Of a stretch of DNA of 63,741 nucleotides, positions 30,101 to 39,372 are shown piece after piece; the stretch's first letter is position 1; the number at the start of each line of letters is the position of its first letter. The position numbers and the translations under genes are program-made. The stretch is from the NCBI GenBank assembly GCA_021736255.1, contig JAIPGG010000005.1, positions 1-63,741 on the forward strand, in the 5' to 3' direction. Under the pieces are notes generated by a model that worked only from the letters and a program-made list of their open reading frames with translations, did no database searches and was not told where the DNA came from. Source of the DNA: Spirochaetales bacterium. Its GTDB lineage: Bacteria > Spirochaetota > Spirochaetia > JAIPGG01.

Positions 30101-30408
30101 TTATTATCAGCCAGGAGACTTTTGTCAGACTCGATGATCCGACGGTCTACGATTTCCGCTTTCTCGGCAGGGTCAAAGTGAAAGGAAAAGAGAATTCGGT
30201 ATCCGTTTTCGAGATCTTCAACGGTGACATCGACGAGATCCGCTTGAAAAAGAACGAGACCAAGGCTGAGTTCGAGAATGCAATCCTCCTTTTTGCCAAA
30301 CGTCAGTTCGATGAAGCCCGGGGAATTTTCAAGGATATTGTGGAAATCAACCCGAAAGACCGGGCGTCGCTGCTTTTTTTAGACAGGACGGAGAAATATC
30401 TGGCCTAA
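27166..30408 (+). CDS. 7TM-DISM receptor + degenerate histidine kinase + receiver + class III cyclase
   Basis: Extracellular sugar-binding-like domain, 7 TM, HisKA-like DEFVIETGEGLMVP, REC (VDDD, LLDLLMP, TKP), cyclase (FVDIRAFT, DKFIGD, TVISDAVNLASR). Confidence 0.9.
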   Translation: MKKFRGNALIYCAVLAAFLLLTGCFGQPEDRSSLELGRYEIGSGETQESRRIRALWEYYPGELLFPDQAEEAEPAGYHALPEPWKHTFGEDMENAFGVATYRLVLETGEVPDDMRALFIPPISTAYRLFVNGEELASAGKVGTSRLESRPSYAVQTVVFDQQSREVELVLQISNFHDTLGGLWTAPISYGPREKVTRAVDGLRMFEMFIFSILLVIGIYHLARFLAPKTERYHLWFGLVSLLLATRTMLTGGRLLYNLLGISFDLGMYLEFLGLFLVPPLFFLYITGLFGPLDMFWYKKIRIGVPLVGIAASAACLFIPPWMYSRFTLPYSGVIFLEAVYIFWYLGAARAEKQRGTLIVGLATLILFAAGINDVLHGMGVLNTIPLIHYGALIFALLQVFYLIVRSQRKVNLLEEESSELSSLDRVRDEFVIETGEGLMVPINGSIGLAESLVNEELGALDPDQKATLTHMISSTIRARNMMQDLVDYSALKTGTLELNLVAIDLYQIVEVVFSLSSPLISGTEIKLENRITPGSAIVLADEVRLEQILYNILRQLLSITGSGILYADIGRKDKELVLFLRLEDREAVEKQLGSEFKHLVEEELEPPDVYNGSFVSFLVTRKLIDYHNGGITFGEDETGYTVSLTLPRGDDLSAFRDIQSSHLQIDQKALEIDGDVLAAAIERGQFTVMIVDDDAAAVQLMKNYLSDQQYHVLAAYNGRDALEIISKKKPDLVLLDLLMPGISGIDTLKKIRERYSTSELPVILVTARSEVNDMMEGFTSGANDFLTKPFGREAFMSRIKSHLQLAKINSIYGRFVPTEFLQFLGKDNLVQVNLGDQVQKEMTILFVDIRAFTWLSEHMSPEENFKFINSYLSRITPIIRKYGGFIDKFIGDSIMALYPSDPADAVKTAVEIMQHVHVYNGHRANSGYKPINVGIGIHTGKLILGIIGDRNRMESTVISDAVNLASRIQDLTKLYGANIIISQETFVRLDDPTVYDFRFLGRVKVKGKENSVSVFEIFNGDIDEIRLKKNETKAEFENAILLFAKRQFDEARGIFKDIVEINPKDRASLLFLDRTEKYLA

Positions 30409-30568
30409 TCGGCAGGAAACCGCGTGAAACCGCTTGAAAAAAGATGAAAATCTCAGTAGGTTCAAACAAACCATTAACATATTTATTGCCAACTGTTCAC
30501 CCCGGCACATTATCAAACAGCCGAAAAGTCGAATTACGGGAATACAGGAAAAAGAAGAGAGGAAACGA

Positions 30569-32653
30569 ATGAGTTACGACATCTCGAAGATGAGAAATAT
30601 CGGTATAAGCGCACATATCGATTCGGGAAAGACCACATTAACTGAACGGATACTGTTTTACGCCCAGAAGATCCACGCAATCCACGAAGTACGGGGAAAG
30701 GACGGTGTGGGCGCAACTATGGATTCGATGGAACTCGAGCGTGAGCGGGGTATTACCATTGCTTCGGCATCCACCAATGTTACCTGGAACAACCATGAGA
30801 TAAACATCATTGATACGCCCGGTCACGTGGATTTTACCATAGAAGTAGAACGGGCACTCCGGGTTCTTGACGGAGCCGTTCTGGTCCTCTGTTCGGTAGG
30901 CGGCGTACAGTCCCAGTCCATTACCGTGGACCGGCAGCTGAAGCGGTACAATGTTCCCCGCCTGGCCTTCATCAACAAGTGTGACCGGGTCGGGGCCAAT
31001 CCCTTTAAGGTGAAAAATCAGCTCGTAGAGAAGCTTGATCTCAACGCCGTTCTTCTCCAGCTTCCAATCGGTTTGGAAGACAAGTTCGAGGGTCTTATCG
31101 ACCTGGTAACCATGAAGGCCTATTACTTCGAAGGAGCTGCAGGAGAGCAGATTCGTGAAGACGAGATCCCCGAAGATATGCGCGGCGAAGCAGAGGAGAA
31201 GCGAGAAGAACTGCTCGATGCTGCCTCCATGTTTTCGGATGAGCTGGCGGAGGCATATCTCGAAGGTGAAGCTACCGAGGAAATGATCTATGACGCAGTC
31301 CGCCGGGGGACCCTGGAGCGGCAGATGGTGCCGGTGCTTCTCGGTTCCGCCTATAAAAACAAGGGCGTCCAGACACTTCTCGATGCGGTGGTGAGGTATC
31401 TCCCCGAACCAAGGGAGGTTCATAATTATGCTCTCGATCTCGACAAGGACGAAGAGCAGGTTGAGCTCGTCTCGGATTTCCAGGAAAAGACCGTTGCCCT
31501 CGCTTTCAAACTCGAAGAGGGTCAGTACGGACAGCTCACATACCTCAGGATCTATCAGGGGACGGTGAAAAAGGGGAGCGAGCTCTACAATGTTCGATCA
31601 CGCAAGCGTTTCAAGGTGGGGCGGTTGATTCGGATGCATGCCGATACCATGGCTGACATCAATGAAGCCTATGCCGGTGATATTGTTGCTCTTTTTGGTA
31701 TAGATTGTGCCTCCGGGGACACCTTTTGTGATCCCTCTCTCAACTACAGTTTGACATCGATGTACGTTCCGAAACCGGTAATATCCCTGGCCCTCTATCC
31801 CAAGGACAAGAAAGCATCCGACAATATGTCGAAGGCCCTCGCCCGTTTTACCAAGGAAGATCCTACCTTCAGGACCTATGTTGATGAAGAATCGAACCAG
31901 ACTATCATTCAGGGAATGGGAGAGCTGCACCTGGAGGTCTACATCGAACGGATGAAGCGTGAATACCGGGCGGAGGTGGAAACCGGAATGCCGCAGGTAG
32001 CTTACCGGGAAACCATTACCAGCCGGGCCGATTTCAATTATACCCACAAGAAGCAAACCGGAGGCGCCGGGCAATTCGGACGTGTCGCCGGATATATCGA
32101 ACCTTTTCACGAAGGGGATTATGAATTCGTCGACGAGACAAAGGGGGGCGTCATTCCCCGGGAGTACATTCCTGCCTGTGATGCCGGTTTCAAAAAGGGT
32201 ATGGAGAAGGGCGCTCTGATCGGTTTTCCCATAGTCGGTGTGCGGGTCGTGGTCAACGATGGCTCGACTCATGCTGTGGACTCTTCGGAAATGGCCTTTC
32301 AGGCTGCAGCCTTCGGAGCATTCCGCGAGGTGTACAAAAAGGCCGGTCCGATTCTGCTCGAACCGATTATGAAGGTTTCCGTAGATGGGCCGAACGAGTT
32401 CCAGGGGAACATCTATGCCGGTCTGAATCAGCGACGGGGTGTGATCGTAAGCTCCAACGAAGACGGTTCTTTTTCCCAGGTCGAGGCCGAGGTGCCCCTG
32501 AGCGAAATGTTCGGTTATTCGACGGTTCTTCGTTCGATGACTCAGGGCAAGGCCGAGTTTACTATGGAGTTCCTCAAGTATGGAAAGGTTCCCCAGAGTA
32601 TTGCGGAAGAACTTATACAGGAAATTCGGAAGAAAAATGAAAAGTCCTCGTAA
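30569..32653 (+). CDS. fusA: Elongation factor G, mitochondrial-EFG1-like (spd-EFG1) subtype
   Basis: [50 protein letters not shown]; not adjacent to rpsL/rpsG/tuf. Confidence 0.95.
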   Translation: MSYDISKMRNIGISAHIDSGKTTLTERILFYAQKIHAIHEVRGKDGVGATMDSMELERERGITIASASTNVTWNNHEINIIDTPGHVDFTIEVERALRVLDGAVLVLCSVGGVQSQSITVDRQLKRYNVPRLAFINKCDRVGANPFKVKNQLVEKLDLNAVLLQLPIGLEDKFEGLIDLVTMKAYYFEGAAGEQIREDEIPEDMRGEAEEKREELLDAASMFSDELAEAYLEGEATEEMIYDAVRRGTLERQMVPVLLGSAYKNKGVQTLLDAVVRYLPEPREVHNYALDLDKDEEQVELVSDFQEKTVALAFKLEEGQYGQLTYLRIYQGTVKKGSELYNVRSRKRFKVGRLIRMHADTMADINEAYAGDIVALFGIDCASGDTFCDPSLNYSLTSMYVPKPVISLALYPKDKKASDNMSKALARFTKEDPTFRTYVDEESNQTIIQGMGELHLEVYIERMKREYRAEVETGMPQVAYRETITSRADFNYTHKKQTGGAGQFGRVAGYIEPFHEGDYEFVDETKGGVIPREYIPACDAGFKKGMEKGALIGFPIVGVRVVVNDGSTHAVDSSEMAFQAAAFGAFREVYKKAGPILLEPIMKVSVDGPNEFQGNIYAGLNQRRGVIVSSNEDGSFSQVEAEVPLSEMFGYSTVLRSMTQGKAEFTMEFLKYGKVPQSIAEELIQEIRKKNEKSS

Positions 32654-32686
32654 CGCGAAGAGTAAGGTTAGGTAAGGAGAAAGGAT

Positions 32687-33388
32687 ATGGTGCGAACTGA
32701 ATTAGTCAAACGAAGTCCCCTCAGGCTTATGGAGAAATCCATGCACGGCGGCGTCGGTAAAGGTAATATCGGAATACTTGTATCGAAAAAAGGTATCGGA
32801 AAAACCGCTTGTTTAGTCCACATAGCTACGGACAAGCTGTTGCAGGATAAGCATGTTATTCATGTTTCCTATTCGTCGAGGACCGATCACATCATAAGCT
32901 GGTATGAAGATATCTTCAAAGAGATAGCCCGAAAGCGCAACCTCGAATCGGCAATGACCGTTCACGATGAAATCATCAAGAAGCGGGTTATTATGAACTT
33001 CAGCCAGGAGGGAACAAAGACCGAACAGGTTCTGACAAGTTTGCGTTCCATGATCCGCGACGGAAACTTCAAGGCCGAAGCAATCGTTATCGATGGGTTT
33101 GATTTCAAAAAGGGCGGCAACGATGATCTCGAGCAGATCAAGGCCTTTGCCGTGGAGCTCGACCTGGAAATCTGGATCAGCACCTCGATGGAGCAGGAAG
33201 AACTAAAAACGGATAAGAACGGTGTTCCGAAGGGTATGCAGCCCTATATCGACAATTTCTGCATCCTCGTGAACCTGGTTCCCGAACGCGAGTTCATCCG
33301 TCTGCAGCTGGTCAAAGACCACGGAACCATACCCAACGAGGACCTCCACATAAAGCTCGATCCGAAGACACTCTTGATCGCAGAATAG
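32687..33388 (+). CDS. RecA/KaiC-like P-loop protein of unknown function
   Basis: Walker A-like SKKGIGKT, Walker B-like AIVIDG; SD AAGGA; directly downstream of fusA. Confidence 0.75.
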   Translation: MVRTELVKRSPLRLMEKSMHGGVGKGNIGILVSKKGIGKTACLVHIATDKLLQDKHVIHVSYSSRTDHIISWYEDIFKEIARKRNLESAMTVHDEIIKKRVIMNFSQEGTKTEQVLTSLRSMIRDGNFKAEAIVIDGFDFKKGGNDDLEQIKAFAVELDLEIWISTSMEQEELKTDKNGVPKGMQPYIDNFCILVNLVPEREFIRLQLVKDHGTIPNEDLHIKLDPKTLLIAE

Positions 33389-33417
33389 CCAGGAGAATAG
33401 CCAGGAGAATAGCCAGG
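33382..33417. repeat. Perfect 3 x 12-bp tandem repeat containing the stop codon
   Basis: AGAATAGCCAGG x3; the first copy contains the TAG (33386-33388) of the P-loop gene. Confidence 0.95.
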
Positions 33418-33427
33418 TCTGTCGGAT

Positions 33428-34096
33428 TCAGCGTGAACGGGTAACCTCTCTCCGTGCACAAAAATTCGGAATGCAGCAGGTCGAACATCGGGGAGAAAGG
33501 GGTGTACAGATCCGCTTCCCGTATTCTACCAACAGGGTGTTGATCGGTATCCAGTAACGGTGGGGCAGTACTTTCATGAGGGCCTGTTCGGTTTGCTCCG
33601 GGGTAGCGGTACTGACCCAGCCGATTCTGTTTGCGATCCGGTGAACATGGGTGTCCACACAAATCGCATCCTTTCCAAAACCCAGGTTGAGAACCAGGTT
33701 CGCTGTCTTTCTGCCCACACCGGGGAACCGGAGGAGCTGCTCGAGTTCATCCGGTACCCGGCAACCGTGATCGCGGCAGATCAAGCCGGCGGTTTTTTTT
33801 AGGTTCTCCGCCTTGGTTCGGTAAAATCCGGCCGGGTAGATCAGTTCGCCGATAGTTCTTGTGTCCAATTCGGCAAGAGAGGGCGGATCCGGCGCCTTCG
33901 AAAGGAGCCTGCCGGAGGCAAGGCTTGTTACCTCGTCCTTGGTCCGCAGCGAGATCATGGTGGATATAAGGACTGCGTAGGGGTCTTGCAGCCGCTCCTC
34001 TGCAATTTTCGTGACCGAGGGGACGGAATCTTCGAGACATTCCCGGATACCGGTAAAAATCTTTTCCCAGGCAGGTGCCGCTGTCTTATCCTCCAC
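33428..34096 (-). CDS. nth: Endonuclease III
   Basis: HhH PGVGRKTAN, VDTHVHR, CTPLSPRCSTCCIPNFC 4Fe-4S motif. Confidence 0.93.
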   Translation of the reverse strand: MEDKTAAPAWEKIFTGIRECLEDSVPSVTKIAEERLQDPYAVLISTMISLRTKDEVTSLASGRLLSKAPDPPSLAELDTRTIGELIYPAGFYRTKAENLKKTAGLICRDHGCRVPDELEQLLRFPGVGRKTANLVLNLGFGKDAICVDTHVHRIANRIGWVSTATPEQTEQALMKVLPHRYWIPINTLLVEYGKRICTPLSPRCSTCCIPNFCARREVTRSR

Positions 34097-34112
34097 TCAT
34101 TTCTCCCGAAAG

Positions 34113-34643
34113 CTATAAATTCTGTCCTGCCGGGACGATAAGAACCACGGCAAAGGCCTCGATTACCGGCGGGGCGCCGGTATTTTCGGTCTGTTTTTGA
34201 GTCGGGGGGGATTCAAAGCGAAGCCCTTCCCGGCTTTTTGCCTTGACCGATACCCGATCTTTTTCCAGGGAGAGGATGCTTGAAAGGGAAGTTCGAATTG
34301 TGTGGATATACGGACCGAGACGCGGTTCTTCAAGGATGACTGTCGTGTCGAGCTGGTAGGGGCAAAAGCCTTCTGCGGCAAGGAGCTGTAAAGACTTTTC
34401 CAGCAGGTTGCTGCTGTCGATATCCTGGTAAGCGGGGTCCGACGGCGGAAAATGCGTTCCGATATCTCCGAGGCAGGCGGCTCCGAAAAAGGCGTCGATA
34501 ATCGAGTGGATCAGGGCGTCACCGTCCGAATGTCCTGCCTCACCGAGAGGAGCGGGGATAGTGCATCCCCCGATACGAAGGCGGCGGTCCGGAACAAGGC
34601 GATGCAGGTCCCAGCCATGGCCGATTCGAAGGTCAATGGACAC
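34113..34643 (-). CDS. ispF: 2-C-methyl-D-erythritol 2,4-cyclodiphosphate synthase
   Basis: RIGHGWDLH, HSDGDALIH, GDIGTHFP; divergent C-terminus. Confidence 0.9.
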   Translation of the reverse strand: MSIDLRIGHGWDLHRLVPDRRLRIGGCTIPAPLGEAGHSDGDALIHSIIDAFFGAACLGDIGTHFPPSDPAYQDIDSSNLLEKSLQLLAAEGFCPYQLDTTVILEEPRLGPYIHTIRTSLSSILSLEKDRVSVKAKSREGLRFESPPTQKQTENTGAPPVIEAFAVVLIVPAGQNL

Positions 34644-34656
34644 CGTTTCTCCTCCG

Positions 34657-35379
34657 TTACCGACTGATTTCCATATGGCGTTCGAGAAAAAGCAGATCGT
34701 GGGGAAAGGTGATTTTCCGGTTGCTCGGGCTGCCGTTTACTACGTGAACCGGGCCCACATAGCGGTGATAGAGTTCGGTGTCGTCGATGGACACAACTCC
34801 CTCCTGCTGTGCCTTGCGGTGAGCCGAAAGGATGCCCTGAAAGTCGAAGCCCTGGGGTGTTTGAATCGATACGGTATTGCTCCGGGACAGATGGGTCTCT
34901 ATGTTGCCCTCGGCGTCTATGAGTTTTGTTGCATCGATGGGGGGAATCCCCGGAGCAGCAGCCCCGTAGCGGGTCGCTGCATCGAGTACCGACCGGACAA
35001 GTTCGGAACTACACCAGGGCCTGGCACCGTCGTGGATTAAAACAAAGTCGAAGCCACCCTTTTCTTTTCCGGAGAGTTCGGTCAGCTTCTCCAGGCCGAT
35101 AAGAACCGAATTGCTGCGGCGTTCACCTCCCTCTACTACGGTAAACTCGATCCCTGCGGAGCGGTAATGCTTCCGGAGTGGGGCGAGCATAGAGCCGACT
35201 TCCGTTCTATGGCCCGATGGAACGGTGAGAAGAATATGGGAAAACCGCCCTACTTCGAGGAAACTCCTGCACACTCGAACCAGTACAGGTTCACCGTCGA
35301 GGTTCTGATATTCTTTTTTAGTCCCGCCCATTCTGCTGCTGGTGCCGGCTGCGGTAATGAGGGCGGCGTTCCGGTCCAC
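34657..35379 (-). CDS. ispD: 2-C-methyl-D-erythritol 4-phosphate cytidylyltransferase
   Basis: AAGTSSRMG..KK, GGERRSNSV, IHDGARP, QTPQGF, NRKITFPHDL. Confidence 0.92.
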   Translation of the reverse strand: MDRNAALITAAGTSSRMGGTKKEYQNLDGEPVLVRVCRSFLEVGRFSHILLTVPSGHRTEVGSMLAPLRKHYRSAGIEFTVVEGGERRSNSVLIGLEKLTELSGKEKGGFDFVLIHDGARPWCSSELVRSVLDAATRYGAAAPGIPPIDATKLIDAEGNIETHLSRSNTVSIQTPQGFDFQGILSAHRKAQQEGVVSIDDTELYHRYVGPVHVVNGSPSNRKITFPHDLLFLERHMEISR

Positions 35380-35385
35380 AGGTGG

Positions 35386-35895
35386 CTACTCGTTCTCCAG
35401 TCGGCTGAAAATGAGCTTTTCCGTGTCTTCTTTCTTTTTCTTGAGAGAATAGGAAATCTCGTCGACTAAGAGTTTCAGGGCGTTATCGAAAAGCTTGCGC
35501 TCGAGGATAGGAAGCTCTTTGACTTTACTGCGGTGGTAGAGGGTCCGCACTACCGTGGCAATATCGAAAACACTGCCCTGTTTGAGGAGGTCGAGGTTCA
35601 TCTGGTATCGAAGCTTCCAGTCTGCCGTTACCGGCTCATACTCATCGGAGATAAGCTTAAGTGCTTTGTCCGCCTCTTTTTTGGTCACAATGGCCCGAAT
35701 GCCGAGTTCTTCCGCCTTTTGGACTGGAACCATGACGGTCATATCCGTGACATCGAGGTAAATGATATAATAGAGCAGACTCTCGTCTTTGAAGCTGCGT
35801 TCCTGAATTTCCTGGATTTTTCCCACGCCCTGCATGGGGTATACTACCTGCTGATTTACCTTGAAAGTAGTAGAGGAGGCTTTCTGATTACTCAT
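35386..35895 (-). CDS. carD: CarD family transcriptional regulator
   Basis: FKVNQQVVYPMQGVGKI, VPVQKAEELGIR, WKLRYQMN, ERKLFDNA. Confidence 0.92.
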   Translation of the reverse strand: MSNQKASSTTFKVNQQVVYPMQGVGKIQEIQERSFKDESLLYYIIYLDVTDMTVMVPVQKAEELGIRAIVTKKEADKALKLISDEYEPVTADWKLRYQMNLDLLKQGSVFDIATVVRTLYHRSKVKELPILERKLFDNALKLLVDEISYSLKKKKEDTEKLIFSRLENE

Positions 35896-35902
35896 GATAT
35901 AC

Positions 35903-35931
35903 AGTATATCAAAAAAGCATGATTTGGTCAA
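35903..35931 (-). promoter_or_regulatory. sigma70 promoter of carD-ispD-ispF, leaderless geometry
   Basis: TTGACC-N17-TATACT-N7-ATG, extended -10 TG. Confidence 0.7.
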
Positions 35932-37615
35932 AGAAGCCGGGCTTGCTGCTCGAACTAGTTTTTATGCGCTTGTCGGCTGGCGGAGGGCCTGAACTCCGGG
36001 CCTGTACAGGTTCCGGAGTTTTCTCTGCAGGACCCCGAACTACTCCCGGAGGCATGGGATAGGGTTCGAAATGGATGTATTTGAAGGGGTGAATGTCGAG
36101 GAGGTTCGGAAACCAGCCGGCTACGATATCTGTGTCGATCAGGTTGAGGGAGGGGGAATGACTGACCGGCAAGACCCCTGCGGTGTCGAGGAGGAGTTGT
36201 TCCGCTTCGGCAAGCGTTTGATACCGGGAAACTCCATATTGAGTCATGGCTCGGTCGATTAGTTCGTCGTATTCGGGATTGGAATATCCTGCATCATTGA
36301 GGTTGCTTTCTGATGTCCACATCTGCAAAAAGGTGAGCGGGTCGAGGAAATCCCCGATCCAAGTCAAGCTTCCGATAGTATAGTCTGTTTTCTTCAGGGA
36401 ATCGTAGTAACGAGGAAAGGGAATCAGGTCCTTTTTTACCTCCACCTCGAGCCGGGACTCCCAGGCCTCCTTCATCAGTCCGGCAATTCTCCTGCCTTCG
36501 GTCCCGTCGGGTATTCTGATCGTGATCGAACCGATACCTTTTCCCTCCGGATATCCAGCTTCTTCGAGAGCCTTCATCCCTTCCTCGGTATCCTGCATCG
36601 CAAAGCCCTCGTTTTCAGGGTAGCTGGGAATTGCGGGGATCAAGGTTGTTGCCGGTAACGGGTAGTCGCGGCGAATTTCCTGCCAGGGCAGGAGCAGAGC
36701 GAGTCCCCTGCGAACTCCCGGATCATCGAAGGGCGGTTCGGCTGAACGGATATAGTAATAATGCGTGGCGAACATGGGATACAGAAGGAGGGCGTCCCGG
36801 TTTTCGACTTTCGGAACATGAATGCTGTCGGCGACCCAGTCTATCTTGTCCATATTGTATTGCCGGGTGATTTCCTCGGAGTCATCGGAAAAGATGATGC
36901 GTATCTGTTGGACCTCGACATTTTTTCGGTCCCAGTAGAGATCGTTCTTTTTGAGAATCATCTCGTCTTCGGATTCTTCCAGGAGGTAGTAGGGACCGTT
37001 TGCGGGAGCTGTATTGAACTCGGACCAGTCATCTTTCTGAAGAAAACTGGGGTGAACCGGAGCAAAACTATGGTGGCATAGGACGCGGAGAAAGTGAGGA
37101 GCGGGATGGGTGAGCCGAACCTCCAGTACGGAATCGGATACGGCCCGTATTCCAACAGAGTCCGGGTCTTCAGTTTTTCCGGTGCGATACTCTCGGGCCC
37201 CGGAGATGACGTCGAAAAGGGATGAATAGGCAGCTCCGGTCTCCGGATCTATCATTTTCAGCCAGGTGTCCCGAAAGTGTTGTGCGGTGACCCGGTCTCC
37301 GTTCCAGTAGACTGCGGAATCCCGCAGGTAGAAGCGGTAGAGTGTGTTGTTGTCTTCGGTTTCCCAGTAGGTGGCCACAGCAGGTTCGGGTTCTAGGCTG
37401 TAGGGGTTATAGGAGACAAGCCCTTCGTAAAGGGCTGTGTAAATTTGAGCTTCCGTTGATTTATAGCTTTGTATGGGGTTCAAATTGATTTCGGTGTTTC
37501 CAAAGCTGACAACGAATTCCGATTTTTCGACGGTTTCTTCAGTCTCGGACCATGCAAAAACCGATACAAAAAGGAATAGTGAGAGAAGAAACGCAGGTAC
37601 CCGCTGTATTTTCAT
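35909..37615 (-). CDS. Peptide ABC transporter substrate-binding protein (OppA-like, family 5), orphan
   Basis: LYEGLV, WNGDRVTAQHF, NGPY, WIGDFLDPLTFL, NPEYDELI; no permease adjacent. Confidence 0.88.
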   Translation of the reverse strand: MKIQRVPAFLLSLFLFVSVFAWSETEETVEKSEFVVSFGNTEINLNPIQSYKSTEAQIYTALYEGLVSYNPYSLEPEPAVATYWETEDNNTLYRFYLRDSAVYWNGDRVTAQHFRDTWLKMIDPETGAAYSSLFDVISGAREYRTGKTEDPDSVGIRAVSDSVLEVRLTHPAPHFLRVLCHHSFAPVHPSFLQKDDWSEFNTAPANGPYYLLEESEDEMILKKNDLYWDRKNVEVQQIRIIFSDDSEEITRQYNMDKIDWVADSIHVPKVENRDALLLYPMFATHYYYIRSAEPPFDDPGVRRGLALLLPWQEIRRDYPLPATTLIPAIPSYPENEGFAMQDTEEGMKALEEAGYPEGKGIGSITIRIPDGTEGRRIAGLMKEAWESRLEVEVKKDLIPFPRYYDSLKKTDYTIGSLTWIGDFLDPLTFLQMWTSESNLNDAGYSNPEYDELIDRAMTQYGVSRYQTLAEAEQLLLDTAGVLPVSHSPSLNLIDTDIVAGWFPNLLDIHPFKYIHFEPYPMPPGVVRGPAEKTPEPVQARSSGPPPADKRIKTSSSSKPGFFDQIMLF

Positions 37616-37621
37616 ATATTC

Positions 37622-37650
37622 AACATAGTGACGGGAGGGAGAATGGTCAA
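37622..37650 (-). promoter_or_regulatory. sigma70 promoter of the oppA-like gene, leaderless geometry
   Basis: TTGACC-N17-TATGTT-N6-ATG. Confidence 0.6.
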
Positions 37651-38009
37651 GATTGGGAGGAAAGATAGGAATCGATGATCCTCTTGTAATCCTCGCCCCG
37701 CACCGGTTTGACAAGCACCTCGTTAAAGCCTTTCCGGAGGAGGGTGTCGACCACCTGATCATCGCTCGTGATTCCGATTATTGGAACCGAATTGCCGGTT
37801 CCTCTGATCAGCTCTGCTATCTCTGAACCGCTTTGATCGGGCATGTGTTCGTCGAGAATAACCAGTACGTAGTTGTTGTTCTCGAGCAGAGCCGCCGCAT
37901 CTTTTCCGGTGACCGCCAGATCGCATTCGAAACCGGCATTCTGGAAGTGGATTTCGTGGAGTTTGAGATTGGTAAACTCATCTTCTGCACATAAGATCTT
38001 TTTGTCCAT
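37647..38009 (-). CDS. Stand-alone response regulator receiver (CheY-like)
   Basis: ILCAEDE, VILDEHMP, GITS, LVKP. Confidence 0.88.
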   Translation of the reverse strand: MDKKILCAEDEFTNLKLHEIHFQNAGFECDLAVTGKDAAALLENNNYVLVILDEHMPDQSGSEIAELIRGTGNSVPIIGITSDDQVVDTLLRKGFNEVLVKPVRGEDYKRIIDSYLSSQS

Positions 38010-38079
38010 AAAGCTTATCCAAGTTTACGGTTTTGTTGTCCCGGCCGCAATAGGCCCGGCTACGGTGAAGCTCATCTGT

Positions 38080-39372
38080 TCAGCGGCCCTTTCGCCGGCT
38101 GTGGCCGAACATGTTGTTGGTGCCCGCGGGAAGCCGGCCATGGTACTCACGGCTGATTTCGTCTATCCGCCGGATCAGTTCCGGGGGCGGGCCGCAGGTG
38201 AGGGCCTGCATGACGGCCTCGACCTGTGACCGATTTCGCGCCCCGGTTACCAGCCCGTCGAACCCCTCCGGGCGGATGCAAAAGTGGAGGGCTGCCTTTT
38301 CCAGGGAGGAGCCGAACTCTCCGGCTGTTTTATGCAGGTCCTGCACTGCCTGCCTGGTGTAATCGAGGGTCCCCTCTCGGAAAAAGACCAGCCCCTTTCT
38401 CCCGTCGTGAAAGCGTGGAGGGATGCCCGCATTTGCCGTCGCGGCGGTGCCGGGAGTCCCCGCGGCCGTCTCGGGAGCCCCAGCGCCGGCACCGCCTGCG
38501 TTGGTCGCCGCGACCCCATCGCCAGCGCCGGCACCGCCTGTGCCACCGGCCCCGGCGACCCCGGCTCCGGCAGCGTCGGCAGCCCTGGTCCCGTCTGCGT
38601 CGGCTGCCGCGGCCCCAGCAGCCCCGCCTGTGTCCGCCCCCGCGGCACCGCCTGTGCCAGCGGCCCCAGCGGCCCCGGCTCCGCCAACCCCAGTTCCGGC
38701 CGCGGTTTCGAACGCCCCGACAGCCTCATCGGTGAGTATTCCCTGAGCGAGCGGGGAATAGGCAAAACGGCGGATCTTGTGTTCCCGATAGAAAGCGGTA
38801 TCCCTCTCGGGTATGCGCCAGAGGAGATTGTATCCGTCCTGGGCAACATCGATGCGCCCGGAGGAGAGGCAGCGTTTGACCTCTTCCGGCGGAAAGTTCG
38901 AGAGCCCGATCGCCCGTATCCTTCCCTGTTTTCGTTCGCTCTCCAGGTGTTCTATGATTGGCGCGTAGTCGACCTCGAGTTTCGGCCAATGCAGGTAGAG
39001 AATGTCGATATAGTCGGTCATCAGGCGTTGAAAACTCAGTTTCAAGCGTCGCCGGAAGACAGGAAGCGGTGCGGGCATCAGTTTTGTGGCAATGCAGACC
39101 TGGTTCCGGATTTTTCTCAGCTGCTGGCCCAAGAGCTGTTCCGATCGGCCGTTTCCATAAATTGAGGCTGTGTCGAAGTGCCGCACTCCGTTCCGGAGAG
39201 CAGCATGTATGGTTCTGACCATATCCTTGTGTTCGGGCTGATTCCAGTATGTGTCGCCGAAAATCCAACCGCCCAAACCGAAGGCGGGTATGTCCATAGC
39301 CCCGTCGTCGAGCTGAACGGGGGGACTCGGATGCGCTGGCGGCGGGCATGCAGCGAGTTCATCGAGCGTCAT
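38080..39372 (-). CDS. Aldo/keto reductase with a large Gly/Ala insertion
   Basis: HFDTASIYG..SEQLLG, IATK, DYIDILYLHWP, IGLSNF, YSPLAQGILT, GARNRSQV. Confidence 0.88.
   Translation of the reverse strand: MTLDELAACPPPAHPSPPVQLDDGAMDIPAFGLGGWIFGDTYWNQPEHKDMVRTIHAALRNGVRHFDTASIYGNGRSEQLLGQQLRKIRNQVCIATKLMPAPLPVFRRRLKLSFQRLMTDYIDILYLHWPKLEVDYAPIIEHLESERKQGRIRAIGLSNFPPEEVKRCLSSGRIDVAQDGYNLLWRIPERDTAFYREHKIRRFAYSPLAQGILTDEAVGAFETAAGTGVGGAGAAGAAGTGGAAGADTGGAAGAAAADADGTRAADAAGAGVAGAGGTGGAGAGDGVAATNAGGAGAGAPETAAGTPGTAATANAGIPPRFHDGRKGLVFFREGTLDYTRQAVQDLHKTAGEFGSSLEKAALHFCIRPEGFDGLVTGARNRSQVEAVMQALTCGPPPELIRRIDEISREYHGRLPAGTNNMFGHSRRKGR
38425..38706. repeat. Degenerate GC-rich repeat region encoding a 94-aa Gly/Ala/Thr insertion
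   Basis: CAGCGCCGGCACCGCCTG at 38481 and 38523; GGCACCGCCTGTGCCA at 38529 and 38644. Confidence 0.8.

Noticed and set aside
30434-30568. N-terminal extensions from the most upstream starts (fusA, oppA, thrH, MBL, SBP, carD, leuS)
   Set aside because: Downstream ATGs have an SD or promoter geometry and match family N-termini
33999-35931. carD-ispD-ispF clustering as a novel system
   Set aside because: This gene order is well known in several bacterial phyla
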